In this document: piece by piece, positions 40,913 to 46,939 of the stretch
Position numbering within the stretch: position 1 is the stretch's first letter
Layout of the letters: every line of letters starts with the position of its first letter
Assembly: GCA_009859145.1 (NCBI GenBank)
Contig: VRVR01000059.1
Span: 67,204 to 114,142, forward strand
Reading direction: 5' to 3'
Length of the DNA: 46,939 nucleotides
Source of the DNA: Andalucia godoyi And28
Lineage: Eukaryota > Protista > Jakobida
Program-made: the position numbers and the translations under genes
Notes under the pieces: generated by a model
What the model saw: only the letters and a program-made list of their open reading frames with translations
What the model was told of the DNA's origin: nothing
The model's database searches: none

Positions 40913-41668
40913 TTACTCTTGTTCGCTCTGTGCCTCAACAAAGCTCTTGATGAGCTCTGCTTGTTCTGCGAAGTACTCGGCATATTGCGTCAGGAGAGCG
41001 ATCTTGTCACCAAGCTTTGCAATGCAGACCATTTCCATCTCGACTGCCGTATCCACCTCAATCTGCGTGGCCTTGTCGCGGGAGAGACACCACCATTTTC
41101 GATCTTCAGTGAGTTCTGCACCAGTTTCCGCACGAAATGCGATGACTGACGGCTCGGTTTCCAGCTGTTGCCGAAGCGCAATGGATGCGTGAAGCTCAGA
41201 TGCTAGCATTTCTTCATACAAGCTGGCGGCTGCAGCCTGGTTTTCAGCAGCCCTTGCTTCTTCTTCGCGCTTCTTCTCTTGCTGTTTCGCAGAAAGTGAC
41301 TCCATGTACGCTATCGACGACTCAGTCTCAAACAGCTCAGTCTCCAGCCGAGACTTGGTCACATTCAGTCGGTCAATCGCCGACTTTTTAGACCCAATCT
41401 TTTGTTGTACTGCAACAAACCCAAGGAAATGTTGGAATTAGAATATGCGCGTGCAAGACAACACCTTTCCTCGGAAAACAACCGGGCCAAAAGGAACAAT
41501 CAAAACAAAACAAAAACAAAAAAGGGTGTATGTATATGTGTTTGGGCAAGTAGACTGCATACGCGCAAAGAGGGTTCCTTTCTGAACATCAATGTTTGCT
41601 TTGGTTTCGTTAATCTGGTCCATGATGCTGCGCATCTCAAACTCGATCTCGGCTGCCGGAGATGCCAT
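40913..41668 (-). CDS. Uncharacterised coiled-coil protein; 2 exons (41668-41563, 41409-40913), 200 aa
   Basis: Intron 41410-41562 (GTATGC...TTCTAAT...TTGCAG) joins MASPAAEIEFEMRS...GTLFA to LQQKIGSKKSAIDRLNVTKSRLE in frame; heptad periodicity throughout. Confidence 0.75.
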
Positions 41669-42006
41669 TGTTCTGGGTTTTTTTTCCCCCTCTTCTTCTT
41701 CTTCTTCTTCTTCTTCTTCTTTTTCTTTTTTCTTTCGGGGGAGGAGGACGGGGGCCTGGCGCGCTGTGATGCTCAGAACGTAAAGGAAGAAGAAACGTAA
41801 GAAGAAAAACATCATCATAATTATAATAAACATAAAAACGAAGTAAAAGAGAAATAGTGAAGAAAACAAAAAGTTGCGGAGACACGACTTTTCCCAAAGA
41901 CGATTTTTCTGTTTGGATTTTTCCCGGGGTCGCACTACGGGGGTTTTCTGGCATTCCCTCTCCAATCAAGCACACGGCAAGTGGCTAACGAAAGGGTATT
42001 CTTTAC

Positions 42007-45000
42007 TTACCGGAATTGGGCTTGAGAGACAAACAAGCCTGCGGCATCAAGACCGACTTGTGCAATATCACACACAGGACAAACTTGTCCCTTGCACTCG
42101 GGCTTGAAGCTCGCAAGGCACAGAGGACACTTCACGATGGGTGCGCCTCGGTAGATTGGAGTCAGTGTCTTTGCACAGACAACAAACGGATTCCGTTCAT
42201 TGTACTCCAGCTGCACTGCATTGCCAGGGTTCTCAGAGGCGAATGCAGCGACCTTCCTGGCCTGATCGGCGACTTCGGGCTTCGGTAATCTGTCCAACAG
42301 CCGCCGTGCAAACGACGCAGCATCATCATAGTTCTTGAGATTGTAACAGACGGTCATTGCAGATCGCAGAGAGAGCATCACATGCACTGGTAGAATCTTG
42401 CAGTGCGTAAAATAGGCTGCGAGCTCCGCAACACGCTTCTTGTCAGTTGCGGTAGCCGGATCTCTACGAGAAATTTCCAGTGTCATTGCCAAAATATACT
42501 CTCGGCAAGCCTCTAGCAATTCTCGAATACCCGCAACCTGTTCCTTGTTGTGAACGACCGTGAGCAAAAGCTGCGCAATGCACGCCTTGAACTGCGCTCG
42601 TGCATCGCTGAACTTACCTGCAGTGGTCGAGGCACACGCGTTCTTGAAGATCTCTTGGAGTTGCGCCAGAGTGTATGGGACTTTGGGGAGCCTATCGTCC
42701 CCAGACTGACCTTCCTCATTCGACCGGAACAATCCAGCAAGCGAGCCATTCACAGACGGAAAGCCGGAAACTCTCAAAACATGCGATGCAAGATAAATAT
42801 GCAAAAAGTGCTCCTTGAGAGCCTCGAATCGCACAGCACCAACAGTGCGATGAAGAATGCGAAGCGCAGTGTCAAACGACCCAGCGGCAACATGGTCGGC
42901 AGCCAGCTGCGAGGTAGAAATCCACTTGTCATCTACAGATTGGCCGTGTGGAGGGACAACAAACGACGACGGAGCATGAGCATGTGCAGCTACACCAGAG
43001 CTCGGCAGATCGGGAACGTCGACATCCTCGACATCCCAGCCAGCACCCTCCTCATTCTCCACAGCATCATGGAACGCATCGACATTCTCGTGATCACCAG
43101 ACTCGGCCATGTCGACTCCCCAAGCACCTTCATCCGCCTCGGTTTCGTCAGCGGTCGCATCGGAAAGCAGCATGGTCGAAGATCCAGCAGCAGCGGCTCC
43201 ATGGAGAGTATTTGCGGCAGAGAACGACACATCCCCTGCAAGGACCTGCGACGCAGTCTGTTCCACATGCAGCAACGGCCAGTTGGAGGTTGTGAACTCG
43301 GCTGCCAGAACAGGCTGGGGTCGCTTGGAGAGGGCGTCTTCTTCTTCTGCAGTTCCAATCCGAGCAGCAAGCGATGCGTGCCCAGCGCTCTCGAGGAGTT
43401 TCTTCTGCGTAGCCGCATCTCCACGAAGCAGCGCAATCTGGAAGATGGAATTAGTGTCGTTTCGCATCTCTGCGACCTTGGCCATCTTTGCCATCTTCTC
43501 GACGTTTCCGGTAATCAGATACAAGAACGAAAGACGCTCAGCATCTCGTGTCTTTTGCATCGCGGTCTCGGCAAGAGCAACATTACCCTGTCGAAGGGCT
43601 TCATCACTGAGTTTCTTCCAGCATTCGCGGACCACATTCTCGTCAGTAGACTCGTTGCTATTGCTGGGTGATTGGGAAGCCGCAACAGCAGCAGCGGCAA
43701 GAGTGGAAACAGCACGAAGCGCTTCGTCAAGGTCTCCACATTCGAGGGCAAGATGGAATCGACCAAGAGGATCTTCTTCGAGCGATACCATCCGCATTGC
43801 AAGCTGCGGGTGTCCGCGGCGATGCAGATACGCAACAAGCGCCCTGCCCCGCATCCGGCGTGCAGTCTTGCCTCCCTTGGAGACAACCCCGCTGTCCTGC
43901 AAAAGAATCCGACGAACAACATCCAGTCGCTGTGCAGCAAGCGCAGCCTTGAACATGTACTCCGATGCATCGAGCGTGGTACCCTCCAAGGCACCGTCCT
44001 TGGTGGTGTACATCAGATGCACTCCAAAAGCCGTGGTAGCCGTTGAAGCAGCAGGCCGGGCATGCGCAAGGTACATGGGCTGCTTTGGAAGAGTGCAAAC
44101 AACTCCTCCGTCGTCATTCGTAGCATTTGACTTGGTGGCAGTGGGGACCGCGGTCGATGAAGTTGGGGGCACAGAGGCAAACGACCTGGAAAGTGTTGGC
44201 AAGAGGTACTTGATGTGAGACGCAGTGGAGTAAATGAGAACGGGAACCCCCGGAAGAGCCAGGGTCCACACCGCAGACTTGATGGGGGCAGACTCGGAAA
44301 CGGCAGCGACACGCTCCAGGCGGCCTCGTGTGCACACAACAATATCACGCCGCCCAACCAACGCAACCAAAGAGAACGCCGGTGCCCATGCAACATACTT
44401 GCAGCCTCCATGCGGGACGTAGGCTTCACCCAGGACGCGTCGTGCACCGAGATCAATCAGTCGCACGCGACCCCCGTCTTCCAGTGTTCCGTACGAAGAC
44501 CCGTTCCCAGACGAAGACGTCATCGACGACCCTTGAGCAGAAAAAGAGGTTGAAGACGAAGAGGAAACTGCGGTTCCGCCATTTCGAACCAATACCGTTC
44601 CCGGCGGCCCATGCCAAACACGAGAGACCTCAGCACCAGCCTCAGACACCACTCTAATGACGTTGTTGTGATCTTGCAGAGACTTGATCACCAGTTGTCT
44701 GCGGGTCGCATCAATCACAACAAATCGAGACCGAGAATAAAATGTTGGGTACGATCCCATGCCTCGTTGGCCCTCCACGCAGACAACATCACCACCGTCC
44801 ATGGAGCCTGCGGTGGACGGCGAAAGAGAATATGTTTCGTACTCGGCATCCGTTCCGACTAGCAGCGCACGGTCAGACGACGAATACGACATCGACCGAT
44901 ATCCGCCTCCTTGCGACAGCGGATTCGAACGACGGCCGCCCAGCAAAACCTTGTCCTTACCCGTGGCAATGTCGAACAATCGCAGATTTCTGTCTCGCAT

Positions 45001-46074
45001 GTAGGCAACGTATGGTAGGCCACCTTCCGATTGCTGCGTTGCTTTTGCGTTGAACAACGGATCCACCAGTGAAAACGGAACCCGCTCTCTTGCCAGTTTG
45101 TAAATTGCAACTCCAGAATCATGGCCAACTGCCATCAGCGTATTTTCAGGATGCACAGCAAGAGTCCAGAAACGATCGTGATCTCTTCGAACTGTTGTGA
45201 GCGGGGTTCGCTTATTGAGATCCCAGACACGAACCGACCTGTCCTCCGAGTCCGACACAACGTAGTCATGCTTCGGCACAAAGGCAACGCACGAAACGTT
45301 GTTGGTGTGTCCGCGAATCGAGTCTACCTCCCATGCTCGAACGTCGTTGTACCTCCACAGCTTGATCACGCGGTCGTCTCCGCCAGAAACCAACATCGGA
45401 GTCGACGGGGATGGATGGAAAGCAACCCAATTGATTCCTCGTTCGTGTCCTTCGAGAACAAACTTGACTGGCACATCTGCACCGGATCCCTGCCCGAAAA
45501 CATCCTCTGTTAATTCTCGCTCTCGCTTCGACGACACGTCCACGTCACGCTTGACCAGCACGGACAAATCCCATATCCGGATCGTTTGGTCAAGGGATGC
45601 AGAAGCCAAGAGATACTGGCCGTCGTTATTATACGGCGAGAAGCATGCAGACATCACATAGTGATTATGCCCCGTGAGAATCGCAATGCACTGTCGAGAT
45701 TGCCAGTTCCAGATACGGATGGTCTGGTCGTCCGAAGCAGACAGGATCCAAGGCTGTGTGCCATGGAACTGCACACACCGCACATAATCCAGATGCCCAG
45801 AAAGATCTGCAAGACACTTTTTTTCTTTCAAAGACCACAGCTTCACCTTGTAGTCATCACCTCCAGATGCAAACAGCGGCTGTGCAGGGTTCGGATGGAA
45901 ATCAACCGATCGCACCGGCCCGTCATGGTCCTCAAATTTATCAACAAGAGCCTTGAGCGAATAGTCCCACAGCTGGATCATCCCGGTGTGCAGCGATACA
46001 AGAATCAGCGGTCTTGTTGGATGGAAAGCAATGCCCTTGCATCGCGCCGATTTGAACGAAAACTTCTCGTGCAT
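42007..46074 (-). CDS. COPA: Coatomer subunit alpha (alpha-COP), 1355 aa
   Basis: N-terminus MHEKFSFKSARCKGIAFHPTRPLILVSLHTGMIQLWDY, WD40 repeats (SASDDQTIRIWNWQSR, GHNHYVM), C-terminal YNERNPFVVCAKTLTPIY...CPLC...CPVC and terminal QFR. Confidence 0.98.
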   Translation of the reverse strand: MHEKFSFKSARCKGIAFHPTRPLILVSLHTGMIQLWDYSLKALVDKFEDHDGPVRSVDFHPNPAQPLFASGGDDYKVKLWSLKEKKCLADLSGHLDYVRCVQFHGTQPWILSASDDQTIRIWNWQSRQCIAILTGHNHYVMSACFSPYNNDGQYLLASASLDQTIRIWDLSVLVKRDVDVSSKRERELTEDVFGQGSGADVPVKFVLEGHERGINWVAFHPSPSTPMLVSGGDDRVIKLWRYNDVRAWEVDSIRGHTNNVSCVAFVPKHDYVVSDSEDRSVRVWDLNKRTPLTTVRRDHDRFWTLAVHPENTLMAVGHDSGVAIYKLARERVPFSLVDPLFNAKATQQSEGGLPYVAYMRDRNLRLFDIATGKDKVLLGGRRSNPLSQGGGYRSMSYSSSDRALLVGTDAEYETYSLSPSTAGSMDGGDVVCVEGQRGMGSYPTFYSRSRFVVIDATRRQLVIKSLQDHNNVIRVVSEAGAEVSRVWHGPPGTVLVRNGGTAVSSSSSTSFSAQGSSMTSSSGNGSSYGTLEDGGRVRLIDLGARRVLGEAYVPHGGCKYVAWAPAFSLVALVGRRDIVVCTRGRLERVAAVSESAPIKSAVWTLALPGVPVLIYSTASHIKYLLPTLSRSFASVPPTSSTAVPTATKSNATNDDGGVVCTLPKQPMYLAHARPAASTATTAFGVHLMYTTKDGALEGTTLDASEYMFKAALAAQRLDVVRRILLQDSGVVSKGGKTARRMRGRALVAYLHRRGHPQLAMRMVSLEEDPLGRFHLALECGDLDEALRAVSTLAAAAVAASQSPSNSNESTDENVVRECWKKLSDEALRQGNVALAETAMQKTRDAERLSFLYLITGNVEKMAKMAKVAEMRNDTNSIFQIALLRGDAATQKKLLESAGHASLAARIGTAEEEDALSKRPQPVLAAEFTTSNWPLLHVEQTASQVLAGDVSFSAANTLHGAAAAGSSTMLLSDATADETEADEGAWGVDMAESGDHENVDAFHDAVENEEGAGWDVEDVDVPDLPSSGVAAHAHAPSSFVVPPHGQSVDDKWISTSQLAADHVAAGSFDTALRILHRTVGAVRFEALKEHFLHIYLASHVLRVSGFPSVNGSLAGLFRSNEEGQSGDDRLPKVPYTLAQLQEIFKNACASTTAGKFSDARAQFKACIAQLLLTVVHNKEQVAGIRELLEACREYILAMTLEISRRDPATATDKKRVAELAAYFTHCKILPVHVMLSLRSAMTVCYNLKNYDDAASFARRLLDRLPKPEVADQARKVAAFASENPGNAVQLEYNERNPFVVCAKTLTPIYRGAPIVKCPLCLASFKPECKGQVCPVCDIAQVGLDAAGLFVSQAQFR

Positions 46075-46123
46075 TTCACAACGCCTCTGCCAATATCGAC
46101 GACGACAACAACAACACCAACAC

Positions 46124-46151
<28 letters not shown>
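46124..46151. repeat. (CAAG)7 microsatellite
   Basis: Read directly; upstream of the COPA ATG. Confidence 0.9.
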
Positions 46152-46154
<3 letters not shown>

Positions 46155-46435
46155 ACAAACGAATGACGGAACGAATGAATGAATGGAATCAAAGGAAAAA
46201 CTCGAAATTCGAGGCCTCGAGACACGACGGGCAGGGTTTTTGCATGAAGGAGTTTCTAGGGTTTTTCGGACCATCGATTTTTGTATTGTGGTGGGTTGCC
46301 AGGTGGGGCAACTATCCCTGCTTCACTACGACCGCTGGCAGTGCCCCCCCCCCCCCCCCCCCACCCACACAACCGTTCGCCCTTGCCTTTTTTAAAATCA
46401 TACAATTGCCTTTTTTGGATAAATGCGTTTCTTTT

Positions 46436-46771
46436 TTACTGCTGTTCAAACCGCTCCCAGTTCTCGGGCGGTCCGTAGAAATTAAGGATTTTCAGAGGAA
46501 TAGGTCCGGTGTTGCGGATTTCGTGTTCCTCGGCAGCTTCTATCAGAATGAGCGAACCGGGGTGCAACGGCATCGACTCGCCTGATACGATCGCTTCTCC
46601 ATTGCCTTCGACAACATACGTCCACTGATCGGATCGAGGATGCTTGTTGCTGGCTCCTCCTATCTTGTCCCCTGGACCGACAAACGATGCCGCCGCTTGC
46701 GTCCTGCCAGTGTCGTGCAGCACTTCGAACCCCGAAGTCGGAAACTTGACTTTCTCAAACACTCGAGGCAT
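46436..46771 (-). CDS. Single-domain cupin (Cupin_2-type) of prokaryote-like appearance, 111 aa
   Basis: TQAAASFVGPG...NKHPRSDQWTYVVEGNGEA and GSLILIEAAEEHEIRNTG...LKILNFYGPP match cupin motifs 1 and 2. First ATG is at 46771. Confidence 0.88.
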   Translation of the reverse strand: MPRVFEKVKFPTSGFEVLHDTGRTQAAASFVGPGDKIGGASNKHPRSDQWTYVVEGNGEAIVSGESMPLHPGSLILIEAAEEHEIRNTGPIPLKILNFYGPPENWERFEQQ

Positions 46772-46939
46772 TCTCTTCACCGCACGAATTGGAAATTGCA
46801 GAACTTCCTTTGTACACGATGCGTGACTTCTTTCTCTTTCTCTCTCTCTCTCTCTCCCTCTTCTTTGCTGTGCTGTTTCCGTGCGTAACAAAAAGCTGCG
46901 AGCAGGGAAGGAACAGAGAAAAAGAAATCAAGAAGAACG

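Noticed and set aside
42550-44218. Long antisense ORFs (373 and 369 aa) opposite COPA, and similar shadows opposite other genes
   Set aside because: These are typical antisense shadows caused by low TTA/CTA/TCA usage in the sense frame, with no protein-like motifs.
1-46939. tRNA, rRNA, CRISPR arrays and intact transposons
   Set aside because: No T-loop/D-loop pairing consistent with a tRNA, no rRNA motifs, no regularly spaced direct repeats with unique spacers, and no transposase, reverse transcriptase or terminal repeats were seen by eye.

Overview
Compact, gene-dense, intron-poor eukaryotic nuclear DNA in the standard genetic code, most consistent with a free-living heterotrophic protist. 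The lineage cannot be fixed from sequence alone. I can support about 20 protein-coding genes: a miniature neurofibromin-type RasGAP, a gankyrin-like ankyrin protein, a stand-alone SelD-N-type FAD oxidoreductase, the Golgi SNARE GOS1, a BAHD-like acyltransferase, PUS1, a UBR N-recognin E3, SAMHD1, a DAO-family oxidase, an NT-C2+LRR protein, a HECT E3, a mitochondrial carrier, a bZIP factor, a choline/ethanolamine phosphotransferase, alpha-COP, a bacterial-type cupin and several uncharacterised proteins. Six short introns were resolved by hand, all with GTAYGY donors. No rRNA, tRNA, CRISPR array or recognisable mobile element was found. The most interesting signals are: two perfect CRE palindromes upstream of the bZIP gene (possible autoregulation), a phased ACGT-motif array inside a 2.8-kb ORF-poor gap next to SAMHD1, several prokaryote-like or patchily distributed genes, and unusual domain architectures. 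All family assignments come from motif recognition, not database searches.
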